This document shows positions 10,701-17,755 of a stretch of 64,000 nt of DNA, in pieces. Below the pieces are notes generated by a model, which ran no database searches, was not told the origin of the DNA, and was given only the letters and a program-made list of their open reading frames with translations. Both the position numbers and the translations under genes were made by a program. The first letter of the stretch is position 1. Each line of letters begins with the position of its first letter. The DNA comes from Oligoflexales bacterium (GTDB lineage: Bacteria; Bdellovibrionota_B; Oligoflexia; Oligoflexales; JAPPIL01): NCBI GenBank assembly GCA_965226195.1, contig OZ245333.1:2087127-2151126 (forward strand). Direction: 5' to 3'.

Positions 10701-10843
10701 TCCGCCCCATAAGATGTTTCAAGGAGAGGCGTTGCCGCGTTGTTGAGAACAGCGATAAGTTCAGAGGCCTGACCTTGTTCGTCGTCAGCAGGCTCTGTGT
10801 GCCCTTCGTCAACGCTTGTGTCGTTATCGTGTGGTTCTCGCAC
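7724..10843 (-). CDS. NAD-specific glutamate dehydrogenase, large (~1000-aa) bacterial class
   Basis: 1039-aa ORF with GDH catalytic-core motifs (ARGGVRVI, GGPDGDVAGNE, ANKGGVICSSYEV) embedded in long N- and C-terminal extensions, as in the Bac_GDH family. Confidence 0.85.
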   Translation of the reverse strand: MREPHDNDTSVDEGHTEPADDEQGQASELIAVLNNAATPLLETSYGAEKSGSELAAYIEEVSDTVRIGFDQSIAILSPWFFNNMPDVYYQTTPKAEKIKHLSAIITGHVFETKQTVELWNRHRNKVTYIGPGNDRQITLDMAHRLASINLDIKMGFLYFSRDYLLFLSSFFCQKRKPLDRNNLRITEKIEKAARLLLAEFPNNKDSVNYFLQRLDNDFVMYATVARIQLTYRMVHYMLQHEGAHTTVYRLKDTSQISLTLGTKGVETSKILEQILNLIHRYGFSIVRAFMVNFNEDWKEPISVLNFALSVDQVRQKEAEEVSLLKLNKALRTLGWVDNDEYTNFSKDRWSLSINSINLVRAIAQWIHILLGKRNHYYYSQYKIRETFFKHAKLVKDAIDLFRLRFDPLNDREKAAQQYDHDKQKLLDTIDKVIDEVEKTIMVESVHFINNILKTNYFLHTKTGLAFRLAPQILDKKYYPHEPFGIFYIVGIGYRFFHVRWKDIARGGVRVIISKTVSDADFALSGLFDEVYGLSRAQQLKNKDIPEGGSKGVLLVRPGTDKDRAMRGAINAFLDLLVPTDEAHEESSSQQIRYYDADEIIYLGPDENVSEELIEWIAEQAGRRGYRYASAFVSSKPQNGINHKRYGVTSEGVNVFVEHTLRHLGIDFKRENFSITMMGGPDGDVAGNELKILHREYGERARVKVVADGKGIAYDPDGLDWQELLRLCTESVSIASFNPKFLQSDKAFVREADTAENIAARNEMPLQVEADIFIPAGGRPYTVSDKNWRLLLDADGQPTKKAIVEGANIFFTSEARDELQKHGILIVKDSSANKGGVICSSYEVLASLLLSSEEFCAIKEHYVQQVIRILQDKAASEAQLLFREYVAHGRQKNLVAISMEISAQINSVKGVLLEYLLDNPQELDEDRIYQKTILANCPAILVKKYANRILHDLPQAHKIAILASAIASNIIYREGIDWIESLSAADRLRVALAYVNQEQLTSDLIAQVESSAMQDKDKIAKVLSMGATRNLTMLEIIDRL

Positions 10844-10894
10844 TGTTTTTCCCCTCTAGCAGCGTGCTTTCTGGCACACTGTTTGCTCGTGTCC

Positions 10895-11031
10895 CGGCTC
10901 GTTGCCGCTTTCTAGCTTCGCACGGTTCTTTGCCGCTTTCCTGCTTCGCACGGCTCGTTGCCGCTTTCCTGCTTCGCACGGTTCTTTGCCGCTTTCCTGC
11001 TTCGCACGGCTCTTTGCCGCTTTCTAGCTCC
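10895..11031. repeat. Tandem array, about 5 x 28 bp, of the CTTTGCCGCTTTC(C/T)(T/A)GCT(T/C)C repeat family
   Basis: Direct reading shows the unit ctttgccgctttcctgcttcgcacgg(c/t)t repeated head-to-tail. The array fills the gap between the GCS2 stop and the GDH start. Confidence 0.9.
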
Positions 11032-11034
11032 ACC

Positions 11035-12447
11035 TCATTGCCCCAGCAGTGCCGCCCACTTTTCTTCCAACTGCAACAACTGCTCAGGGCAAAGATAACC
11101 CTTGTCGCTATTCTTTACCAGCATCTGTATATCGGCAGCTGGTGTTTTGTTTTTCAGGGTAAAATGCTCGAAAAAAACTTGCAGGCGATTTTTTGCTCCT
11201 GTGCAGCGAAAACGTGGCGGCAATGCCTCCAAACCAGCAAGTGCCAGTTCCGTTAGCCAGTGCAGGCGTTGGTGAAAATTTGCCTCGACCCGTGCGAGAC
11301 CGTGACAAGCAAGATGCATCATTTCTTCTTGACGACCGAGTTCAGGCAACAATGCATCGAGCACGCGATCGAGATGGGGCGGGTGGTAGACGATGCCCAG
11401 ATAAAAGGCTACTGGTGCAGGTTGCCAGATGAGTGGTTGGCAGTCGATCGAACGCAACTCAAGATACCCACGCGGGCGCACTTCGGGAAAAAGAGTGTAG
11501 AGATGATCCCTAAAATCCTTGACAGTCGGACGCATGCCCTTGATTCCCACATCAAGCCAATCCAGAAAAGTGGTGCTGTGCTGCTTGTCGTTACCGAGTC
11601 GCACCACGAGTGCTTGCAGAGCAAAATCGAGATAAGCTTGCACACAGGCAGCACGGCTGCGTTCACGTGCGATTGCTTGTAGTGCAGGAAAACCTGTGCG
11701 AGTGCGGTCGAGTTCACGCCAGACGTGGGTGCGGAAAGTCTGCATCTGCATGTGATGGCGATCCCATACGCCAGATGTGGCAAACATTGCCGCGCTGTAG
11801 GGGGCGAGGAGATTGCAGACTAGGTAGCGTTTGGCCAGCAGGTCCTCACTTGCACCGTAGTCAAGGTTGACCTGTTGTGTGCAAGCTTGCTGCATCATGC
11901 GTCTGCCGATGGGGGAAAAGTGCCCGAAGTGATAGTCGAGCAGCAGGTAGGTGGTTTTGGGAATTTGCAAGCCGATCTCGCTTAGCGTATGCCACGGGTT
12001 GATGCCAAGTCGCAGCAGATGTATCGAGTGATGCGCGAGATGGGCAGCCAGTTTCTCTTGCACCACCCTACTACGGTTTAGCACCTTGTGCAGGTCGGTA
12101 TGTGGCTGCGAAGAATACTCAATCTGTCCGCCCGGCTCGAAGGTGAGGCTGTCGCCCTCGCCAAGATCGAGCCGCAGTGCTTCTTTAGATAACAGCTCGT
12201 CGCCCGCGTAGGTATCAGGCCAACCTTCCTGCAGAGCTAGGTCACGCAACATTGTGCGCAGCCCTTTCCCTTCAGCACTGAAGAACGGCACAACCGTCGG
12301 GAAGGAGTTGGCAGTAACCTGAGCCGCGATCATCTCGACTTCAATGCCAACGAGGTCATCGTCTGTGGCGCGCAGTGGGAACAGTTCGTCATGAACGATT
12401 TGAGCGCAGATGTCCTTGTCGATAGGGTAATCAGGTGGGTTGTTCAT
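11035..12447 (-). CDS. Glutamate--cysteine ligase family protein (GCS2 / plant-type)
   Basis: The ORF carries LVGIEVE and TFEPGGQIEYS motifs typical of family-2 gamma-glutamylcysteine ligases. The start is set at the ATG at 12447 (MNNPPDYP), 1 nt after the upstream gene's TGA. Confidence 0.7.
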   Translation of the reverse strand: MNNPPDYPIDKDICAQIVHDELFPLRATDDDLVGIEVEMIAAQVTANSFPTVVPFFSAEGKGLRTMLRDLALQEGWPDTYAGDELLSKEALRLDLGEGDSLTFEPGGQIEYSSQPHTDLHKVLNRSRVVQEKLAAHLAHHSIHLLRLGINPWHTLSEIGLQIPKTTYLLLDYHFGHFSPIGRRMMQQACTQQVNLDYGASEDLLAKRYLVCNLLAPYSAAMFATSGVWDRHHMQMQTFRTHVWRELDRTRTGFPALQAIARERSRAACVQAYLDFALQALVVRLGNDKQHSTTFLDWLDVGIKGMRPTVKDFRDHLYTLFPEVRPRGYLELRSIDCQPLIWQPAPVAFYLGIVYHPPHLDRVLDALLPELGRQEEMMHLACHGLARVEANFHQRLHWLTELALAGLEALPPRFRCTGAKNRLQVFFEHFTLKNKTPAADIQMLVKNSDKGYLCPEQLLQLEEKWAALLGQ

Positions 12448-12448
12448 T

Positions 12449-13105
12449 TCACTCGGCCAGTTCCTGCTGCGGTGTAGTTGTAGTGCCATGCGTCAACACT
12501 AGCTTCATTACCGCATCGGCGTTAGCAACTTTTCTCTTTACCAGCCTTTGAAAGCCATTAAAAGCAATAACCGCAGGAATTGCCACCAGCAGACCGACGG
12601 CAGTGGCAACGAGAGCTTCGGAAATGCCAGCCATAACAACGGACACGCCGCCTTCAGGGTTGTGTGAGAGGTCGTTGAAGGCCTGAATAATACCCAGCAC
12701 TGTGCCGAACAAGCCGATAAAGGGAGCGTTATTGCCCAGTGTGCCAAGCACAACGAGGCCGCGATCGAGCTGCTGACGCTGTCCGATCAAGACGTTGAGC
12801 ATACTCTGCTCGACTGCCTGTATGCCACGTCCGCGATTGCGGAAGGCCGCCAATGCTACCTGACTTTCAATGGCACGGCTCTGCTCGCACAGGGCGATGG
12901 CTCGTTCATATTCACCGCTGCTCAGGCAACGGGTCAATTCGTGCGTGAAGGGGCGCAGGTTGAGACGCAAGCGATAGAAACACCAGAGTCTCTCCAGCAT
13001 AACTGCCACCGACACCACGCTCAGCAATACCAACAGCCACAACACCCACTCAGTACCAATCAAACTGAGCGCCAACAATTCCTGCACAATATCGAATTCA
13101 GGCAT
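12449..13105 (-). CDS. MotA/TolQ/ExbB proton-channel family protein
   Basis: 218-aa ORF with three TM segments and the conserved C-terminal channel region (LGTLGNNAPFIGLFGTVLGII..., ALVATAVGLLVAIPAVIAFN). No ExbD/TolR partner gene is adjacent. Confidence 0.8.
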   Translation of the reverse strand: MPEFDIVQELLALSLIGTEWVLWLLVLLSVVSVAVMLERLWCFYRLRLNLRPFTHELTRCLSSGEYERAIALCEQSRAIESQVALAAFRNRGRGIQAVEQSMLNVLIGQRQQLDRGLVVLGTLGNNAPFIGLFGTVLGIIQAFNDLSHNPEGGVSVVMAGISEALVATAVGLLVAIPAVIAFNGFQRLVKRKVANADAVMKLVLTHGTTTTPQQELAE

Positions 13106-13232
13106 CTTCTTCTCTCCCCCACTACCTTCCCTTTATCCTACCACACTTTCTCTCTCTGGCTACGGGGGGGTGTTTTGTGCCAAGACAGAACTCTTGACAC
13201 GCGAAGACATTTGGGTAGAATGCATTTTCTCT

Positions 13233-13306
13233 GCGGGCATAGCTCAGCTGGCTAGAGCGTCGCGTTGCCATCGCGAAGGTCGAGGGTTCAAATCCCTTTG
13301 CCCGCT
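13233..13306 (+). tRNA. tRNA-Gly (anticodon GCC)
   Basis: A hand-folded cloverleaf gives acceptor GCGGGCA/TGCCCGC, anticodon stem TCGCG/CGCGA, loop TTGCCAT, T-arm GAGGG-TTCAAAT-CCCTT and discriminator U. No CCA is encoded. Confidence 0.9.
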
Positions 13307-13307
13307 T

Positions 13308-13522
13308 TTTGTTTTTATGCGGGGAGCGTTCCCCTGGCTTTGTTGCATAAGTTCCGTTGATTATAACATGCTGTTACCATAGCACTTTTATGTGGGGAGC
13401 GTTCCCCTCCCCGCTTTGCGCGGCTCTTTGCCAAAGGCGTGCCCGAAGGCACGCCTAGCTCCACACCCCTGCGTGTTCGCAGACTTCTCGTTTGGGTCAG
13501 GTGCAATCATCCTGCTGCACCA
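13308..13522. repeat. Copy A of a ~215-bp near-identical duplicated non-coding element (partner at 24288-24499)
   Basis: Only a handful of mismatches and small indels separate it from 24288-24499. It contains GGGGAGCGTTCCCC motifs and the hairpin GGCGTGCC-CGAA-GGCACGCC (13436-13455), embedded in a split copy of the short-repeat core. Confidence 0.85.
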
Positions 13523-14153
13523 TTCACACATGTGTGAATGCTCTTTGTCGCTTCCTAGCTCCAGCTAACGCATTCGCGTGAAATGGTTCGCTGTGATGCT
13601 TCCTCCCGCCCCTGTGTAAACTTTTGCGGACAATGCAAACTTGTGTGTAACACGAGCAACTTCTCCATAACATCAATATGATCATTATGAGATTGTCAAT
13701 GCTCGGCACTATGCCTATACCCCAAAGAAAAACCCCGTATTAAAACTCGCGGCTTTAGAGGCAAGTTCAGATGATGGGCAGCACAAATATGCCAACACCT
13801 ATATCCATCTTTGCGGGCGAGGGTTGTTGTGACCCAAGCAGTGTGCCAGAAGGCACGCTGCTAATCCTTATTGCCAAAGGGCACAAGCAAGTGGAAGCTA
13901 GCAAGCAGCAAAAGGATTGCGTAGCACGCCCGGGAGGCCAAATGTTAGGCGCGCAAGGCAGACCTTGGCTAGCACTACGCCTGAGTGTACGAAGCGAGCT
14001 AGAGCGAGAAAGCGGCAAAGAGTTCGCGAAGCGAGCGTTACAAAAAAGCGGCGTAAGCTAGCATTCATCCATTCAGCTGCGTCCAGCAGCTGAAAAAAAA
14101 CAAAACAAGCTAATGATTAGTTTTTTTCTCGCAGGTTACGTATACTGGCGGGC

Positions 14154-14942
14154 ATGATTTTCCTGCCGTTACTGTTGTTTCTTGTCGCATTTGTGCTGGT
14201 TAGCAGCCGCCAGCGACTCGCACAGCAAGCATTGGAGACGCTGACAGGGACAGTCAGGTTGATTACCGAAGCCGTGCTGAGCAACGACCTCGCGCGGCTT
14301 AATGCTCCGACGACAACGACTGCCCCAGCCTGCCGTTTTGTGGGTGAATTGGCACAGACACACCTCTATCGTGGCGAACTGCGCGTCGAAGCACTGCGTC
14401 TGCTACAACAGGCGATTGCTGCGGCACGTGAGCAGCAGCGTTTACAAGGGCAACTGCGTATGCTGTTCATGACCCGTGTGGGTGGTGTGATTGTCTTTAG
14501 CATGCTGGGTAATTTTTTGCTGAGCCATCTGATTGCCGCCGCTCCACACTCGTATCTCGTTACCGTCGTTGGCATTGCAGTGTTGCTGGCGGGTGTGTTG
14601 GTGTTGGAAAAAACCCTGCCCGCGTCGTGGTTCTGGCAACGACACGATCTCAGTGCGCATGGACAACACTGGACAAAGGCACTGTTCGACCGTCACGACC
14701 ACAGCTTTCACCCGATACTGCAGCAAATACAACAGCGCGAGATTATGCTGGGCATCGACCTAAGTGTGGAGAAGACTGCGTTTCTTACCCACTGGCAACA
14801 CGAGCGGCAGGATGCGGAAAAAGCAACCTTGCGCAGGTATCAGGATTTTTTCCCTATCCTAGAACTGCTCGTCTTTGCTACGCTTGCCGCGCTGCATCTG
14901 TCACCTGTCTTGCGCAGTCTGTTCGCACTGCTCAGTGACTAG
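14154..14942 (+). CDS. Hypothetical membrane protein
   Basis: 262-aa ORF with several hydrophobic segments. No recognised motif. Confidence 0.45.
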   Translation: MIFLPLLLFLVAFVLVSSRQRLAQQALETLTGTVRLITEAVLSNDLARLNAPTTTTAPACRFVGELAQTHLYRGELRVEALRLLQQAIAAAREQQRLQGQLRMLFMTRVGGVIVFSMLGNFLLSHLIAAAPHSYLVTVVGIAVLLAGVLVLEKTLPASWFWQRHDLSAHGQHWTKALFDRHDHSFHPILQQIQQREIMLGIDLSVEKTAFLTHWQHERQDAEKATLRRYQDFFPILELLVFATLAALHLSPVLRSLFALLSD

Positions 14943-15400
14943 AAAGGCACGTCGTCAAGACCGCTGCCATTGCCTACGCCAGCAGCACCCGCGGTTTCGT
15001 GCGGCACCTGCGGCACCTGCGGTGAATCATCTCTACGCCCGCCTTGTTCTTCAGAAGGCTTGTTGCCGAGAAACTGCACGTTGGACGCAACCACCTCAGT
15101 GGAGTAGCGTTTTTGTCCGTTCTGATCTTCCCACGAACGCGTTTGCAAACGTCCTTCGATGAAGACAGGACTGCCTTTATGCAAGTACTTGCAGCAGTTC
15201 TCCGCCTGCCGTCCCCAGATAACGACCCGATGCCAGTCGGTGATGCTTTGCTTCTCGCCCTCAGGTGTATTGCGGAACTCGGTGGTTGCCACGCTAATGT
15301 TAGTCAGCGGAGTCTGGCTCTGCGTATAGCGCAACTCAGGATCCTGACCCAAATTGCCGATGAGTTGGACGCGATTGTAAGATGCCACTGTATGCCTCAT
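14939..15400 (-). CDS. ssb: Single-stranded DNA-binding protein
   Basis: OB-fold SSB N-terminus (YNRVQLIGNLGQDPELRYT...WHRVVIWGRQAE), a Gly/Pro-rich linker and the acidic tip DDVPF. Confidence 0.9.
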   Translation of the reverse strand: MRHTVASYNRVQLIGNLGQDPELRYTQSQTPLTNISVATTEFRNTPEGEKQSITDWHRVVIWGRQAENCCKYLHKGSPVFIEGRLQTRSWEDQNGQKRYSTEVVASNVQFLGNKPSEEQGGRRDDSPQVPQVPHETAGAAGVGNGSGLDDVPF

Positions 15401-15507
15401 ATAGTTAAAATTTACGCGCTAAATGATAGCAAATAGGAAAAAAAATGTCTACCGCTTGTTTTATGGCAGTTAAAGAGTGGTACGAGCCAAGATAGTGCTC
15501 GTGAAGA

Positions 15508-16419
15508 TCAGAGCCTTAAGCCCAAACCACCCCACATGGTGAAGAAGTTGTGGTAGCCCTGCGAAGTAGCGAGCAGGGTGAAATTACGCAGCTCAACTTT
15601 GATGAATATACGCTTCAGAAAGTGGTATTTCTGTCCTACGCCTAAACTTATAAAGGGCTTGGTCTGTTGTTCGGCCTCAGGTCGTCCACCTGTGCCCCAC
15701 TGATTTTTTTCATTCTCACTAGCTCCATGGTTTCCCATTAAGTTATCTATTTCACCCGGATCGTCTACTGTTTGTTTATTGCGAGCTTGCTTTTCGTTAC
15801 GAAGCTTTTTGCGGAGGCCATAGAAGGTAGCCATAGCCATGCCGCCGCCCATGCTCAGGAAAATATCCATGTGGCTGGTACGTGGTAGGAAAGAAAAAAT
15901 CTGCTTGCCATAGACTGGCGACCAAACTGCACTGATTGAGAACAGTTTGTCGATTTCCGTAATTGACATGTAGGCGGGGCCAATGTTTAGCTTGCCTTTA
16001 TGCGCTTTGTCATGAAGAGCATCACCCTTATCACCGAGTGGAGGAGTGTAACATTTGCGTCTAAGCGACGTAAGCGACGTGGCATTTTTGCCGCGAAAAT
16101 CGTTGTAAAAGCTCTCGATGCACGTGCGTTCTGCTCTGTCTGTGTTTATCGCCATTGCCCCTTCGAGAGCCAACCCCCACTCTTCCGAGAAGTGATAGCT
16201 GATGCCACCGTGCAGTATCACCGTATCGACAAACGACTGGTTCAGAATTCCCCCTAAGTTGGCATTTACCTCAATGCGGTTTCTTTTGGGGAAAAGTTTT
16301 CGTAGCACCAGAGCCTGCCCTTCAGTTGCCTTGCGGTAACCTTTTGGCTTCCCCCAAACAGGGGTAACGAGACCCAGTAGCAGCACCGCCAGTAACAATC
16401 TGGGCAAAATAGTCTCCAT
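15508..16419 (-). CDS. Putative outer-membrane beta-barrel protein
   Basis: Signal peptide (LLLAVLLLGLVTPVWG), alternating beta-strand-like segments and an aromatic/hydrophobic C-terminus. Confidence 0.45.
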   Translation of the reverse strand: METILPRLLLAVLLLGLVTPVWGKPKGYRKATEGQALVLRKLFPKRNRIEVNANLGGILNQSFVDTVILHGGISYHFSEEWGLALEGAMAINTDRAERTCIESFYNDFRGKNATSLTSLRRKCYTPPLGDKGDALHDKAHKGKLNIGPAYMSITEIDKLFSISAVWSPVYGKQIFSFLPRTSHMDIFLSMGGGMAMATFYGLRKKLRNEKQARNKQTVDDPGEIDNLMGNHGASENEKNQWGTGGRPEAEQQTKPFISLGVGQKYHFLKRIFIKVELRNFTLLATSQGYHNFFTMWGGLGLRL

Positions 16420-16616
16420 TGCGATCGCAGTTTAAGCATCTGCTTATTATTCTAAGTTTATTCGCCCTATCATGCCAGTGATGTGCTTGGCTGTCTTGAC
16501 CATTGGATTGGTAAATAACTGTATAAACAAGACTTTACAAACATTGCTAATTAAATTCCGTAACACGCCGATTAGAGAGGGTGAAGAGAATTGTTTAGCT
16601 GCAACGGAGGTGACAC

Positions 16617-16898
16617 ATGGCAACGCAAATATCGAAACTGGAACAATCACTGGTCGAACTAGGAGCTGAGGTGTTCAAACTCAGGCACGAGATGGCAGAG
16701 ATGCGGGATTTCCATGCCTGTGTCGTAGAAATACTGAACGGGCTACGCTTATTGCTGGAGGATAAGGGGGCAATCACACTTGCCGACCTTGACGCAGCCG
16801 CGGCCAATGTCGGTCTGATTAGTCAAGGGCAAGAACCGCTTGAACAACTTGAAGTCGTCGATCAAGAGATCCTTGCACGCAAGCGGCTGTCGCATTGA
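16617..16898 (+). CDS. Hypothetical small coiled-coil protein
   Basis: 93-aa ORF, preceded by GGAGG; no homology recognised. Confidence 0.35.
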   Translation: MATQISKLEQSLVELGAEVFKLRHEMAEMRDFHACVVEILNGLRLLLEDKGAITLADLDAAAANVGLISQGQEPLEQLEVVDQEILARKRLSH

Positions 16899-16987
16899 GC
16901 TGAGTTGTTAATTGCCTCAGCTTCAAAGATGGAAGATGGGGCAATTATTGTGCGGCAAGCCTTGCCGCCTGTCAGTTGCAGCTTAAT

Positions 16988-17467
16988 CTATTCGCAAGCC
17001 TTTTCAGCCGTCACCCACGTGGTGACCTTTTCCTTGGTCAAGCCACCGAGCTGGTCTTTACCGGGATGCTCCTTGTCAGCGAGATCGCCAGTGAGATACG
17101 TCCACAGCTTGTCCGCATCGAGTAAATTTTTCTCCTTGACTTTAGCTAGCATGCCTTCTTTGTTGCTAGCGGCGTTGGTCTCACCTGCCTTCAGCGCAAA
17201 CCCACCCTCGTCAGTCGCACTCGAATGACAGCCAGAGGCATCACAACTGTCTGTCTTGATATGCGGCTGGATGTTGCTGGCAAACGCTGTCGATGCCGCA
17301 GGGCAACCGTCCGTTGTTTCTGTTGGTTCATTCTCGCCATTGCACTGCCACAACATCAATGCCGCGACAATCGCTACGCTAACCCTTTGCCGCTTTTTAG
17401 CTCCGCTAACTCTTTGCTGCTTTCTAGCTTCGCTAACTCTTTGCCGCTTTCTAGCTCCACGCATCAT
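16988..17467 (-). CDS. Putative lipoprotein with a CX4CH (heme-c-like) motif; paralog of 17756-18196
   Basis: Lipobox-like LMLWQC and the motif SCDASGCH, with a shared architecture with the neighbouring gene. The only available N-terminus consists of three 27-nt repeat units (ARKRQRVSE/ARKQQRVSG/AKKRQRVSV). Confidence 0.55.
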   Translation of the reverse strand: MMRGARKRQRVSEARKQQRVSGAKKRQRVSVAIVAALMLWQCNGENEPTETTDGCPAASTAFASNIQPHIKTDSCDASGCHSSATDEGGFALKAGETNAASNKEGMLAKVKEKNLLDADKLWTYLTGDLADKEHPGKDQLGGLTKEKVTTWVTAEKACE

Positions 17468-17496
17468 CTCTCCCTCCTTTAATTGGTAAAAAATAT

Positions 17497-17754
17497 CTCT
17501 TCCTAGCTTCGCTAGACTCTTTGCCGCTTCCTAGCTCCGCTAGACTCTTTGCCGCTTTTTAGCTCCGCTAGACTCTTTGCCGCTTTTTAGCTCCGCTAGA
17601 CTCTTTGCCGCTTTTTAGCTCCGCTAGACTCTTTGCCGCTTTTTAGCTCCGCTAGACTCTTTGCCGCTTTTTAGCTCCGCTAGACTCTTTGCCGCTTTTT
17701 AGCTCCGCTAGACTCTTTGCCGCTTTTTAGCTCCGCTAGACTCTTTGCCGCTTT
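17497..17754. repeat. Pure tandem array, about 9 x 28 bp (unit AGCTCCGCTAGACTCTTTGCCGCTTTTT)
   Basis: Direct reading shows nearly identical units without spacers. They fill essentially the whole intergenic gap between the two CX4CH lipoprotein paralogs. Confidence 0.95.
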
Positions 17755-17755
17755 A

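Noticed and set aside
10816-11256. ORFs 10816-11256 (+) and 10824-11033 (-) upstream of GDH
   Set aside because: Their sequence is dictated by the 28-nt tandem array, whose frame rotates every unit, and by the antisense of the GCS2 gene. There is no independent coding signal.
13315-13506. Paralogous small minus-strand ORFs (63 and 74 aa) inside the 215-bp duplicated element
   Set aside because: A 1-nt indel between the copies changes the upstream frame and the start. Conservation is at the nucleotide level only, which favours a non-coding element.
14075-14100. Hairpin CAGCTGC-gtcca-GCAGCTG followed by an A-run, considered as a terminator
   Set aside because: The run is A on the plus strand, and a T-run precedes the stem on the minus strand. 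Neither strand yields a stem followed by U-tract geometry.
17497-17754. 28-bp repeat array considered as a CRISPR array
   Set aside because: The units are directly head-to-tail with no spacers, no cas genes are nearby, and the same unit occurs singly and inside genes. It is a tandem or dispersed repeat, not CRISPR.
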